Below are positions 17,207 through 26,548 of a stretch of DNA of 39,923 nt, piece after piece. The stretch is from a virus (lineage: Duplodnaviria; Caudoviricetes), in the IMG/VR virus record IMGVR_UViG_3300035492_000269, positions 1 through 39,923 of that record; one strand, 5' to 3'. The notes under the pieces are model-generated. The model saw only the letters and a list, made by a program, of their open reading frames with translations, made no database searches and had not been told where the DNA came from. The number at the start of each line of letters is the position of its first letter. Position 1 is the first letter of the stretch. The translations under genes were made by a program, and so were the position numbers.

Positions 17207-17830
17207 CTAGCGGCGGCGAACCGGTAGCCTGATGCCCTTCTCTATCTCCGCAGCAAGGCGGCGCTCAAACTCAGCAATCATGAAGCTGTGAACGCGCCGT
17301 ATCCGAGCGCCGGTCATCAACAGATGAAACCAATACGCGACGCTCGGCCCAAGAGCCGGCTCAGGCTTGGCCGTACTGTAGCGATAAGTTCGACGTGCGC
17401 CCCCCAGCTTGCCAACGCCAGCCGTACGCGCACTGTGTGTTCTCAGTGGCTTGCGCTTGGCACCTTTGGGGTTTACAAACCCTGCGGCGATCTTACGCCC
17501 CGTGACTCCCTGCACCCATACGATGGCACGGGTAGGATCGACAGCATGAAAGCCCCAGCGCTTGTACTGCTCGACCTCAACACCAGAGGAAGACGGAATC
17601 AGTCGGGCATTGGTGCGGCGGCTACCGGCCCGCTTGATGATCAAGCGCCGATTCAGCGCCCGGCGACCACCAGCAATAATGCGCGACAAATCAGGCATTA
17701 CCTCAGACTTGCGGGTGTGGGTGACCGTTGTATTCAACGTGCCACGAATAACCGGCTCCACACGCCGATTCAGCTTGGCCAGGTCCTGACGCGCTTGGCG
17801 AACATCACGTGCAGTAATTGACAGTTTCAT
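17207..17830 (-). CDS. Basic neck / tail completion protein (gpZ-like position)
   Basis: Very Arg/Lys-rich; lies between head-closure and tail terminator genes. Confidence 0.6.
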   Translation of the reverse strand: MKLSITARDVRQARQDLAKLNRRVEPVIRGTLNTTVTHTRKSEVMPDLSRIIAGGRRALNRRLIIKRAGSRRTNARLIPSSSGVEVEQYKRWGFHAVDPTRAIVWVQGVTGRKIAAGFVNPKGAKRKPLRTHSARTAGVGKLGGARRTYRYSTAKPEPALGPSVAYWFHLLMTGARIRRVHSFMIAEFERRLAAEIEKGIRLPVRRR

Positions 17831-18375
17831 GGCTGCCGCTCCAGCCATACGCCACGAACAATGCCGTCATCGCTGCGGTCGTCGTAATCGATCACTTGAT
17901 AACTGACCCCAGCAACCTGCAGCACATCACCGGACTGAGGGCGGCCGACCTCAATCAACGCTAGCTCTGCCCGCGTCTTGTAATCAACTACCTGCCCCAT
18001 CGCATCCAGCACAGGCGCTTCATGCTGCAGAAACACGCGGCAGGAAACCGAACCGCCCGCATCCGGCAGCAGCGTGGCCTGCTGGCCAACCAGCTCGGTC
18101 GCAGCTATCTGCACCTCAACCCGCGTGCCCATCACGTCGCGCACGTTGTCGATATGCAGCAGCCGGTCATCAGCTACCAGATACCGCCCCTGCTGCAGCC
18201 GGTCATCCCACCAGGCGCGCACCGTCACCTGCGCACTGCTGCGCAGGCCTGCCGGTGCAGGGGTTGTGCCTTCCTTGGCACGGATGCCGACCCACAGCCA
18301 GTCGATGGTGACCGGCTGCAGATCGGGATCCAACTCGACGAGGTTGGCCGGGGTGTCAAGTTGACCCGCTCTCAT
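17827..18375 (-). CDS. Head-closure / head-tail joining protein, apparently two-domain
   Basis: MRAGQL start and HIDNVRD typical of SPP1 gp16-type adaptors; second half resembles another joining-protein beta barrel (P..GD.L.V.G..Y.V....DDG). Confidence 0.7.
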   Translation of the reverse strand: MRAGQLDTPANLVELDPDLQPVTIDWLWVGIRAKEGTTPAPAGLRSSAQVTVRAWWDDRLQQGRYLVADDRLLHIDNVRDVMGTRVEVQIAATELVGQQATLLPDAGGSVSCRVFLQHEAPVLDAMGQVVDYKTRAELALIEVGRPQSGDVLQVAGVSYQVIDYDDRSDDGIVRGVWLERQP

Positions 18376-18902
18376 GCCGGCACCTCATAATCAGTAAGCA
18401 ACCCGTCAACAAAACCAAGGTCAGTGGCATTCGTTCCCACCACCACGCCACTGGCATTTTCGTAGAGCGCCGCCAGGCGCATCAGCATCCAATCCAGAAT
18501 GGGCTGCGGCACATCAGATGCAGACGCATAGCCAGAAGTGAACAGCACCCGCACTTCCTTGCCATGCCAGCTAACGCCCTCTGCTGGCGTCAGCACCGGA
18601 TTGTCGCCTACGGTCGCGCTGTACGACGCCTGCTGCAACAGCTGACCATCCACGGTAACTGACTGAACGCTTTGCACCGGCCACTTGCGCAAACGGATCA
18701 GGCTCGGAGCGCAGGCGCTGTATTGCTCCCACTGCTGCATTAGTAGCGCTCTGCCGGTGCGCCCTTCCGCTTGTTGCCGAGCGCTGCGGATCAGCTGCTG
18801 CAGTCGAGCATCCAGCTTGTCGTGCCGGACGCGGCACTGTTGCTTGGCTTCGTCCAAGGTGATCGGTTCGCTCACCGGTGCCGTGATGAGAGTGAGGCGC
18901 AT
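18372..18902 (-). CDS. Head-tail connector (HK97 gp6 / phiE125 gp8-like)
   Basis: P..EPITLDEAK..CRV, AEGRTGRAL, VPQPI...ML...A.LYEN. Confidence 0.9.
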   Translation of the reverse strand: MRLTLITAPVSEPITLDEAKQQCRVRHDKLDARLQQLIRSARQQAEGRTGRALLMQQWEQYSACAPSLIRLRKWPVQSVQSVTVDGQLLQQASYSATVGDNPVLTPAEGVSWHGKEVRVLFTSGYASASDVPQPILDWMLMRLAALYENASGVVVGTNATDLGFVDGLLTDYEVPA

Positions 18903-18907
18903 GGCCG

Positions 18908-19153
18908 CTATTCCTGTTGCTGGTTCTGCGGGCTCTGTTCCTGCTGGTCAGCACCGTCTTCAATGACATCAGCAACGGGTGGTGCAGGTTGCGCAGCCTC
19001 TGCCGCCTTGATTGCCGCAGCACTGGTATCAAAGCGCTTCGCCGCTTCCAGCTGTTTTGCGAGGGCGCTATCCAGCTCAACCACTTGGCCACAGCGCAGG
19101 CTGTGCGCTGGTTCGTCCAGTAGCACCAGGCCTTTTACTTTTTTGCTCGCCAT
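18908..19153 (-). CDS. Small head-associated hypothetical protein
   Basis: 81 aa directly after the capsid gene; AGGAG RBS. Confidence 0.65.
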   Translation of the reverse strand: MASKKVKGLVLLDEPAHSLRCGQVVELDSALAKQLEAAKRFDTSAAAIKAAEAAQPAPPVADVIEDGADQQEQSPQNQQQE

Positions 19154-19228
19154 GATCTGGCTCCTGTTCAGGATGCGTGAACTGCCGGGCCGCCCGAAGG
19201 CAGCCAGGAATTAGTTGATCGCCGAGGA

Positions 19229-20470
19229 TCAGGCGGCGGCGTTCTGGTACGCCTTGACCGCCCCGCCCACATCCATCAGGCGGCCACCGCTGCGCATGAA
19301 GGCCAGGAAGCCGACTTGCCCTTTGCGGGTGAAAGCGGAGTCAGCCATGCGGAATAGCGCGACCTGCATCACATCTCGGATGATGTAGCGGCTGAAGTCA
19401 CCAAACAGCACGGACTTGTTACCTGCTGCCATAACCGGCATGTGCTGGTTGATGCTGTAGCGGTATCCCGCCAGCACGTCCGGCTCGCTGGCCGACACAC
19501 CCGGCAACCAGATCGGGCGACCGTCGTTGTCTTTCAGCTTCTTCAGTTCGCGCAGAGTGTTGTCGTGGAACATCCAGGCAGGCGTGGTGCCGTTGCGGTA
19601 GGCCGGATCAACCGAGTGCTCCAGGTCGATCAGATCTTCCCAGGTGATGCTGCTGACCTGACCACCCGCGCCAATCTTGCCAGCGGCAGCACCGGTAACG
19701 ATGCCGTGCGGCTGACCGACGCCGGTGCCGACTGTGAACATGCGGTTGGTTACGCGGCCAAGGCGCTGTACCAGGCGCTCGCGGATATGCGCTTCAATGT
19801 CGATGGCGCTGTCTTGCAGCAGCTCAAACGGGATCGCGATGTCTTTGGAGCTGAACTTGTAAACCACGTGCGCGAGCGTACCGAATTCGGCGTCACTGCT
19901 ACCGGCTTCTTCGTTCTCGCCTAGGATTTCGCCCTCCTCCGAAGTGGCGTCAGTGGTTGGGTAATCCATCGCGGCACCAGACTCGGTGCGAATCACCTGC
20001 GCCACTTCACGCATGCCGCCGTAGGCCTTCATTGCCTCCAGCAGCGTGGCGCTGAACTCATTCGGCACCAGATAGCCGCCCTCTGCTGGCACGCCGGTGC
20101 TCATGGCGTTGCGCAGGTCTTCGCGGCGCTTGGCAACCAACTCGCGTTGCTCAGAGCTTAGCGCCTCAACACCACCGGCCAGCCAGGCATGGAAGACTGC
20201 TTTATCTTCCAGGCCACGCTGGGTGGCTTCATCCTCACTGATGCCTTCGCGTTCACCGCGCTGGCGAGCCGTCAGCTTGTCGCGGGCTTCGATGTCGAGC
20301 ACCTTTTGCTGACGCTCAATGTCTGCGTCCAGCTTTTCGATCTCGGCCACCAGGCCGTCATACTGGGTCTGATGCTCCGCGCCCCACTGGTCGGCGGGTG
20401 TTGCGTCCATCAAGGCTCGGGTTTGCGCTGCCAGCTTACGGCGTTGCTCCCGCTTGGCTTGGATACTCAT
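19229..20470 (-). CDS. Major capsid protein, HK97 fold
   Basis: N-terminal coiled-coil delta domain, GGYLVP, ELLQDS, GTG.GQP.GI, LKKLKD.DGRPIW, FGDFSRY. Confidence 0.95.
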   Translation of the reverse strand: MSIQAKREQRRKLAAQTRALMDATPADQWGAEHQTQYDGLVAEIEKLDADIERQQKVLDIEARDKLTARQRGEREGISEDEATQRGLEDKAVFHAWLAGGVEALSSEQRELVAKRREDLRNAMSTGVPAEGGYLVPNEFSATLLEAMKAYGGMREVAQVIRTESGAAMDYPTTDATSEEGEILGENEEAGSSDAEFGTLAHVVYKFSSKDIAIPFELLQDSAIDIEAHIRERLVQRLGRVTNRMFTVGTGVGQPHGIVTGAAAGKIGAGGQVSSITWEDLIDLEHSVDPAYRNGTTPAWMFHDNTLRELKKLKDNDGRPIWLPGVSASEPDVLAGYRYSINQHMPVMAAGNKSVLFGDFSRYIIRDVMQVALFRMADSAFTRKGQVGFLAFMRSGGRLMDVGGAVKAYQNAAA

Positions 20471-20541
20471 AGGGTCTTTCTCCGATTTCAGGTACAAAAA
20501 AACCGCCAGGTGGCGGTGTGGGTGCTGCGCGCGGGAGCCCG

Positions 20542-21258
20542 CTACGCTGCAATGCGCTCCAGCAGAGCCAGGCGGCGTTCTGCCAATGCCCGGTCGTACT
20601 GTGGTTGTTCTTCCGGCCTGCGATTGGCGAGCAGCGCCGCAGGCGTGTTGTTGTAGGCTGAGAGATTCCAGTGATTGGCCGCAGCGCTCTGCCCTTCCAG
20701 CAGGCTATCGGCAAAGCCGTACTCGACAGCTTCATCTGCGGTAAACCACGTCTCGGCTTTCATCCATTCGCGGATCTGCGCTTCTTCCTGACTGGTCTTG
20801 TTCAGGTAGTCGTTGACGATGCTGCCGTCCACTTTGCGTAGCAGCCCTGCTGTGGTCTCCAGTTCATCCGCGTTGCCGATGGCCAGCGTCCAGGCGTAAT
20901 GAATCATGAAGAACGCGCCTTGGCTGATGCGCGTGCTGGCGGCGGCAGTGGCCACATAGGTAGCGGCGCTGGCTGCCAAGCCGTCGATCTGGGCCGTCAC
21001 CTTGCCACGGTGCTGCTGAATGGCAGTAGCCATGGCTCGACCTTCAAACACATCACCACCGGGGCTGTTGATGCGCAGCAGCACGTCCTGCCCGTCGAAC
21101 TGGGCCAGTGCCTTTACGAAGGCTTCAGCGCTGATGCCGTACCAGTCGCCGATAGCGTCGTAGAGGAAAATCTCAGGCGTGTCACCTTCTGCGCGGATCT
21201 CAAACTTCTTCTCCGCCTTCAGGTTGTCCTGTACCAGTTTCAGCAGCCGGTTCTTCAT
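20542..21258 (-). CDS. ClpP-type head maturation protease
   Basis: INSPGGDVFEG, DGLAASAAT, FMIH, ETWFTADEAVEYGFAD. Confidence 0.95.
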   Translation of the reverse strand: MKNRLLKLVQDNLKAEKKFEIRAEGDTPEIFLYDAIGDWYGISAEAFVKALAQFDGQDVLLRINSPGGDVFEGRAMATAIQQHRGKVTAQIDGLAASAATYVATAAASTRISQGAFFMIHYAWTLAIGNADELETTAGLLRKVDGSIVNDYLNKTSQEEAQIREWMKAETWFTADEAVEYGFADSLLEGQSAAANHWNLSAYNNTPAALLANRRPEEQPQYDRALAERRLALLERIAA

Positions 21259-22498
21259 TTGCCTTTTCTCCTGCCCAAATGAGTTTGTCACCACCCTCCA
21301 TGGGCGGCAGATTCTTGATGCGGCGCACTTCGTTTACCGTCATGTAGCCCTGCGTTCCAGGACCGCCCAGCGCCTTGGCCAGGTACTCCGCTTCGGCCTT
21401 GCTGTCGCCAGCCAGTAGCCCCTGTCGGTTGAACTCGACGAAGTAGCGCGCACTACGTGGCCAGAGCTTGCGATTCAGCTCCTGCTCGATGGGCTTGAGG
21501 TGGCGGTTCAGCTGCCAGCGCACAAAGCCGATCCCCAACTGCTCGATACCGCTGCCCCAGCTGCTGGACTTCTCGTGCTCACCAATCATGTGAGCTGGCA
21601 CACCAAACAGACGGGCAATGTCCACCACCTGCCAACGCCGCGTCTCCAGCAACTGGCTGTCCTCGGCTGACATGCTCAGCTCTTTGATGTCTGCCCCGCC
21701 GGTGAGCATGGCCGGCAGATGGCTGCGACTGCCGCCTTGGTGCCGTTCCAGCCACTTCTCGCGCATCAGGTTGACTTGATCAGGCCCCGGATTGCCGGGG
21801 TGTTTGATGGCAAAGTCCGGGCGCGCTCCGTTACTGAAGAAGCGTGCGCTGTACTCCTCGGCGGCCAACGCCACGCCGATGCTCTGGCGGCCGGCCAAGC
21901 CAATCACTGATGGGCTTTTTACGCCGTCAAAACCAAGGCTATGGAAGTGCAAAATATCTTCCTGCTCGACACCGTAGTACTCGCCATCCAGCTCGAAGTA
22001 GTAGGTGTTTCGCCCGTTCTTGCGCTCGACAATGGTTTGGGTCCAGGGCAGAGGAATGATCTCTTCGACCTCGCCTACCCGGTTGCGTACCAGCCAGCCG
22101 TAGCTGTCGCCTCGCAGCAGCTTGCAACTAATCAGGTATTCCCATGCTGCGAACGCGCTGAACGATGGCGTGAACTGTTCGTTGAGCAGATACCACACTG
22201 GATGCTCTGCCCTATCGCGGCCATCGGCGGTACGCTGATAAACCGGTATTGGCAGCGATGCTACGGCCCCGGCCAACAGTGCAACGCTGGCGTATACCGC
22301 AGATGCCTTCATTGCCGTCTGCGAGTTCACCACCGGCCCGGCATAGCTGGGCTGCACATTGAACAGCTCCATGATCGCTTCACGATCATTGGTGCTGACC
22401 ATGCCCGAGCTGTTGTTAATCTGGTCCCGCAGATCGGTAATCTGCGCGCTGAGCTGCTCGACCAGCGCTTGCTGCTCGCGGCGTTTTCTTCCGAACAT
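21200..22498 (-). CDS. Portal protein, HK97 family
   Basis: SAVYASV..LA..VASLP, ILHF, FFSNGARP, DIARLFGVP, MTVNEVR...NLPP. Confidence 0.95.
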   Translation of the reverse strand: MFGRKRREQQALVEQLSAQITDLRDQINNSSGMVSTNDREAIMELFNVQPSYAGPVVNSQTAMKASAVYASVALLAGAVASLPIPVYQRTADGRDRAEHPVWYLLNEQFTPSFSAFAAWEYLISCKLLRGDSYGWLVRNRVGEVEEIIPLPWTQTIVERKNGRNTYYFELDGEYYGVEQEDILHFHSLGFDGVKSPSVIGLAGRQSIGVALAAEEYSARFFSNGARPDFAIKHPGNPGPDQVNLMREKWLERHQGGSRSHLPAMLTGGADIKELSMSAEDSQLLETRRWQVVDIARLFGVPAHMIGEHEKSSSWGSGIEQLGIGFVRWQLNRHLKPIEQELNRKLWPRSARYFVEFNRQGLLAGDSKAEAEYLAKALGGPGTQGYMTVNEVRRIKNLPPMEGGDKLIWAGEKANEEPAAETGTGQPEGGEEV

Positions 22499-22505
22499 GG
22501 AGGCC

Positions 22506-24245
22506 TCACAACAGGATGATGCCAACCTCCGGTTCAGCCTCCGGCGGTGGCGCTATGCTTTTGCCCGTAGCCATGATGGCGGCAACAATGCCGTCCACTC
22601 GGCCGGTGGCTTTGTCTTTGGCGACCTTGCGGTTACCCGCAGGATCTTGTGCGGTGATCGCGTTCGCAGCGCACCAGGTCATCACCGGATTGCCGTTGTG
22701 TTTGAGCTGACCGTTGATCAACAGCCGCTCAAACTCATCAAGCGCGGGCCCCATATCCTTGAAGCCCTGCCCGAACGGAGACAGCGGCGGCAGACTTAAA
22801 CCTTCGTCCTCAATCATTTGCTTGAGATCTTCGATTCGCCAGCGGTCATAAGCCAAGCCCTGCAGGTCAAATTGGTCAGCCACTTCCACCAACCGGTGGA
22901 GCACAAACATCTTGCTGATGGCCCGGCCAGGTGTGGTTTCAAGCCACCCTTTGTCATGCCAGGTGGTGTACGGCACGCGGTCTCGCTCGGCCTTGTCGGC
23001 CAAGCCCTCAGCCGGTAACCAGAAGTACGGCAGCAGGCGCCACTGCTCATCGCTATCGTCCGGCTCAAACAGCAGCACCAGCGATGTCAGATCCTGAGTG
23101 CTTGAGAGGTCCAGACCTGCATAGCAGCGCCGCCCGCGCAGGCGTTCTGGGGTGTAGGCGTCTCGCGCTCCCAGCCAGACATCTGCGCTGATCCAGGGGC
23201 TGGCAGACTCTACCCACTGACAGAAGTTGAGTCGCCGTACTGTGGCTTCTTTGCTCGGCATTCCGCGGGCTTCTGTTACCTGCTCGCGCAGGTACTTCAT
23301 GCCGGGAATGCCGTGCTCCAGGCTGGGGTTTGCCTTGGCCCAACAGCGCTCGTCTTGGAACGGGTCGTCGCCTTCATCCAGCGAGCACACGAACGCAAAG
23401 AAGCTGTCGTCGTAATACGGCTCACCGGGCATAGCACCCGCAGCACCAGCAGCGCACACCTTTGCCCCGTACTCGTGATACTCCCAGCAGATGCTCTGCT
23501 TGTTGGTACCGCTGTTGGTGATCATGAAGATCAGCGCCTGCGTCCGGCTCTTGGTACCGGCGCGCATCATGTTCACTACGGTGCCCGTCTTGTGCTCGTG
23601 GATCTCGTCAAGCAGCGCCATATGAGGCCGCGGGCCGGACTGGCCATCATCCGCGGAAACAGTGCGAAAGAAACTACCTGATTGCAGGTGAGCCAGATTG
23701 AACTCTCGCCCAGGTGCGCCGGACTTCTCCAGCCGCTCAGCCAGCAGCGGGGATTGATCCACCATCGCCACCGCATCCCGAAACAGGATCTGAGCCTGAT
23801 CTTTCTTGGTGGCGGCAGCGTAGATTTCTGCCCGTGGCTCACCATCACTGGTCAAGCCATACAGTCCGACGCCGCCGGCCAGCGGCGATTTGCCGGAACC
23901 CTTGGCCGTTTCGGTGTAGCAGGTACGAAAACGGCGATAACCATCCGCTCCCAGCCAGCCAAACAGCGAACCAATGATGAAGGCTTGCCAGGGCAACACC
24001 ACAAAGGGCTTGCCCTCAAACTGGCCCCCGTTGAGCCGCAGCACATCCTCAAAGTAACCGATTGCCCGTTGGGCCAACTCCAGACTCCAGACCAACCCGC
24101 GCTCTTTGGCGGTGGCCAGGTCATGCAGATGACGCTTACACGCATCACGCACGTGCGGGCCAGCTACGATCTTTCCGGCCACCACATGCTTTGCATAGGT
24201 GGTCGCACGGTCAGAAGTACTTTTCCGCGATCTCTTTTTGCTCAT
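22506..24245 (-). CDS. terL: Terminase large subunit
   Basis: PWQAF, AKGSGKS Walker A, LLDEIHEH Walker B, GLDLSSTQDL, RVDGIVA nuclease motifs. Confidence 0.95.
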   Translation of the reverse strand: MSKKRSRKSTSDRATTYAKHVVAGKIVAGPHVRDACKRHLHDLATAKERGLVWSLELAQRAIGYFEDVLRLNGGQFEGKPFVVLPWQAFIIGSLFGWLGADGYRRFRTCYTETAKGSGKSPLAGGVGLYGLTSDGEPRAEIYAAATKKDQAQILFRDAVAMVDQSPLLAERLEKSGAPGREFNLAHLQSGSFFRTVSADDGQSGPRPHMALLDEIHEHKTGTVVNMMRAGTKSRTQALIFMITNSGTNKQSICWEYHEYGAKVCAAGAAGAMPGEPYYDDSFFAFVCSLDEGDDPFQDERCWAKANPSLEHGIPGMKYLREQVTEARGMPSKEATVRRLNFCQWVESASPWISADVWLGARDAYTPERLRGRRCYAGLDLSSTQDLTSLVLLFEPDDSDEQWRLLPYFWLPAEGLADKAERDRVPYTTWHDKGWLETTPGRAISKMFVLHRLVEVADQFDLQGLAYDRWRIEDLKQMIEDEGLSLPPLSPFGQGFKDMGPALDEFERLLINGQLKHNGNPVMTWCAANAITAQDPAGNRKVAKDKATGRVDGIVAAIMATGKSIAPPPEAEPEVGIILL

Positions 24246-24738
24246 TGGGGAACAGTTCGCCTTGCGGGGCCTGCAACTGCGCCCGCAGGTTGCGCCGCGC
24301 AAGCGGGCTGAATCCGAATTTTGCGCCGGCAGCGTCAGCGCGCCGCTCGGCATCATTGCGCAGCTTGCGCCAGATCGAGAGATCCTTAGCACCAGTGCGA
24401 TAGGTCATCACGTCGCCGCGCCCTTCCAGTTCATCGTTCAGGCGCTGAATCTTGAGCGTCCAGCGTCGATAGTCGCTGACCGCCTCGCAGTACTGGGCGA
24501 GCGCCTGCCGGTCGAGTCGTGTAATCAAACCCAGCAGCACCAGGTCAGGGCCGACGCGCTCCCACTCAACGCGGGCGTCTTCGTCCAACCAATCAGGCGC
24601 AGCCGGTATCTCGACCGGCAGCGGGCTGCCTTGCATCTCGTCCTGCAGGTCACGCGCCGATTTCTTCGACCGATTGCCTGTCAGCAGATGCACCACAGCG
24701 GGTTTTGCATGCCGGCCGGAGTTTGCATTTCCAGCCAT
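24211..24738 (-). CDS. terS: Terminase small subunit, P27-like
   Basis: APDWLDEDARVEW, LAQYC, FGFSPLARR. Confidence 0.9.
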   Translation of the reverse strand: MAGNANSGRHAKPAVVHLLTGNRSKKSARDLQDEMQGSPLPVEIPAAPDWLDEDARVEWERVGPDLVLLGLITRLDRQALAQYCEAVSDYRRWTLKIQRLNDELEGRGDVMTYRTGAKDLSIWRKLRNDAERRADAAGAKFGFSPLARRNLRAQLQAPQGELFPNEQKEIAEKYF

Positions 24739-24881
24739 AATTCACCTCAGATTTCACACAGGGCCGCGTCCCTCAGCAAAGGGGGCCACCCCCATTTTTC
24801 CCGCTCTTGCAAACGAGGTTCCCCCCGTCGTTCGAGAGTCCGTTGGTTGTGGACTTTTAGGTACCCCCCACCCCGGCCGAT
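24739..24881. other. Probable cos packaging region
   Basis: Non-coding gap with G/C runs between HNH and terS, the usual cos position in HK97/P27-like phages; cut site not resolved. Confidence 0.5.
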
Positions 24882-25250
24882 TCACTGATTCCAGTGGTGG
24901 CTGGCGTTGCGCGGGATTCCATCGTCCGAGCACCCAGGCTCGCCAGACTTCTCCACCCGTTGTTTGTAGCTGTCATGGCATTGCTTGCAGAGCGACTGCC
25001 AGTTCTTCCGATCCCAGAACAACCTTCGGGCTGCAGCAATCGCCAGCTTGCAACCACTCGCCAAGGCCTGACCAAGCCGGTGCGGTACCTTATGGTCCAC
25101 CACCGTAGCGGGCGTAACCCGGCCATGCCGCTTGCACTCCGCACACAGCGGATGCTCGGCCAACCAGACCAACCGCGCCTTCTGCCAGCGGTAGTCGTAG
25201 CCCTTGGCCGCACTGCTGGTGATCTTATTCGTCTTGGCTAGCGCGCCCAT
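24882..25250 (-). CDS. HNH endonuclease (HK97 gp74-like terminase cofactor)
   Basis: GYDYRWQKAR, HPLCAEC, ATVVDHKVPH, NWQSLCKQCHD. Confidence 0.9.
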   Translation of the reverse strand: MGALAKTNKITSSAAKGYDYRWQKARLVWLAEHPLCAECKRHGRVTPATVVDHKVPHRLGQALASGCKLAIAAARRLFWDRKNWQSLCKQCHDSYKQRVEKSGEPGCSDDGIPRNASHHWNQ

Positions 25251-25596
25251 GTGGCGGCACCCCACAAACCCCAGCCCGCTTAGCCGCCCAGCGCTCAAAC
25301 AAGCTGCTGGCTACATCGCCGCCCAGCATTGCCGAGAAGATACACAGGGCTGCGCTCAGGTACGGGTGCACAGCCAGAGCGAAAGCCGCCATGAATACCG
25401 CAATGCCAACCAAGCCAGCAGCGCCGAAGCGCATACCGATGCGGGCAGCAATCTGCCGCCAGCTCAGGTTGATCAGCGCGGAGGCTCGCAGCATCTCACC
25501 ACTCAGGCCGGATGCCAGGGCCAGGAGAATCGCCATCCACAACGGGATCTCGGCAATCGCCTTGCCGATGGGTGCAGGGTTGCTTGGGTCAGACAT
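25225..25596 (-). CDS. Holin (pyocin PA0614-like)
   Basis: IPLWMAILLALASGLSGEMLRA...GGDVA..LFERWAAKRAGVC; three hydrophobic segments. Confidence 0.85.
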   Translation of the reverse strand: MSDPSNPAPIGKAIAEIPLWMAILLALASGLSGEMLRASALINLSWRQIAARIGMRFGAAGLVGIAVFMAAFALAVHPYLSAALCIFSAMLGGDVASSLFERWAAKRAGVCGVPPHGRASQDE

Positions 25597-25616
25597 GCGG
25601 CCTCCGCGCTCTGAAT

Positions 25617-25642
25617 AAAAAAACCCAGCCGCTTGGCTGGGT
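25617..25642 (-). terminator. Second terminator in the late leader
   Basis: ACCCAGCC-AAGC-GGCTGGGT followed by T run. Confidence 0.7.
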
Positions 25643-25719
25643 AAAAGCCCTCACTGGGCTGCCATGATTGGGTGGCACCGCGTCCTTGGCAGAATCAGCA
25701 ACCGCCGGGCACCAGAAAC

Positions 25720-25745
25720 AAAAAACCCGGCACGTTGGCCGGGTT
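25720..25745 (-). terminator. First terminator in the late leader (tR'-like)
   Basis: AACCCGGC-CAACGT-GCCGGGTT followed by T run, about 30 nt after the -10 box. Confidence 0.7.
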
Positions 25746-25775
25746 GTGTTTGCAGACTTCTTTGAAGTTACGGGA

Positions 25776-25804
25776 TTTATACCCCCTGATTCTCATGGCA
25801 GCAA
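25776..25804 (-). promoter_or_regulatory. Late promoter (pR'-like)
   Basis: TTGCTG-17 nt-TATAAA on the minus strand, upstream of the holin. Confidence 0.7.
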
Positions 25805-25968
25805 GGGAGGTTTACTGCCATACCACCAGTGCGCCCGCAGTGTGCCGCCAATGTACCGCGAGTGCGCCGCGAGTATTCCCAATCTGGCTTTGGCGCCTGC
25901 GGCGCCTGACTCACCTGCCCCACCAGATTTAGACGTGAGACACCGCTCAACCCCACATCCTTACTGAC

Positions 25969-26157
25969 TGTGTCCCACTTCCTAACCTGTAAGGTAATAA
26001 TAGATATGTGCGCGCATGCACGCGTGCGCGCGTAGGCGCACACATGTACCCGCACGTACGGGGGACAGGGGTAAACGGTAGGGTGTTGGACACAGCCAGA
26101 GAATATGCGGCCTCCACGCTGCCCGACCTGAAAACGCAAGTGGGGAGGTGGGACACA
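25969..26157. other. Candidate replication origin
   Basis: Inverted 10-mers TGTGTCCCAC (25969) and GTGGGACACA (26148), internal GGACA variants, short AT-rich patch, 31-bp alternating purine/pyrimidine tract. Confidence 0.45.
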
Positions 26158-26173
26158 AACAAAAAAGCGCGCC

Positions 26174-26548
26174 TCATGCGGCGCGCTTCCGGTTCAACAA
26201 AGCCTGCTGTATCAGCACATGAGCCATGTGCAATCGCCTGTAAAACTGGGCTCGGCTGCAGCCACACGCCTCCAGGCGTTGGTACTCAAAGCTCTCATGG
26301 TTTACGTAGTGCTCCCATACCACCTGCGATTCCTTGAACGGCAGATGCTTGTTCACAATCAACTCAATATCGGCCGACTCGTCCAGCAACACGCGGCTAC
26401 CCCGCGTACTGCGGATCATCACCCCCTTGGCGTCGATCAACGCCCCCAGCGGGCTACCGCACTGGCCTCCAGACTCAAGCCACACACCGTCAGGCGGGTG
26501 CAACTCTGCGGCCCATAGCCGCAACATATCGTCGATAGCGCGAATCAT
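26174..26548 (-). CDS. PA0613-like putative late-gene regulator
   Basis: MI..ID.ML.LWA.ELH start and C-terminal HTH-like CGCSRAQFYRRLH.AH; Q position upstream of the late promoter. Confidence 0.7.
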   Translation of the reverse strand: MIRAIDDMLRLWAAELHPPDGVWLESGGQCGSPLGALIDAKGVMIRSTRGSRVLLDESADIELIVNKHLPFKESQVVWEHYVNHESFEYQRLEACGCSRAQFYRRLHMAHVLIQQALLNRKRAA

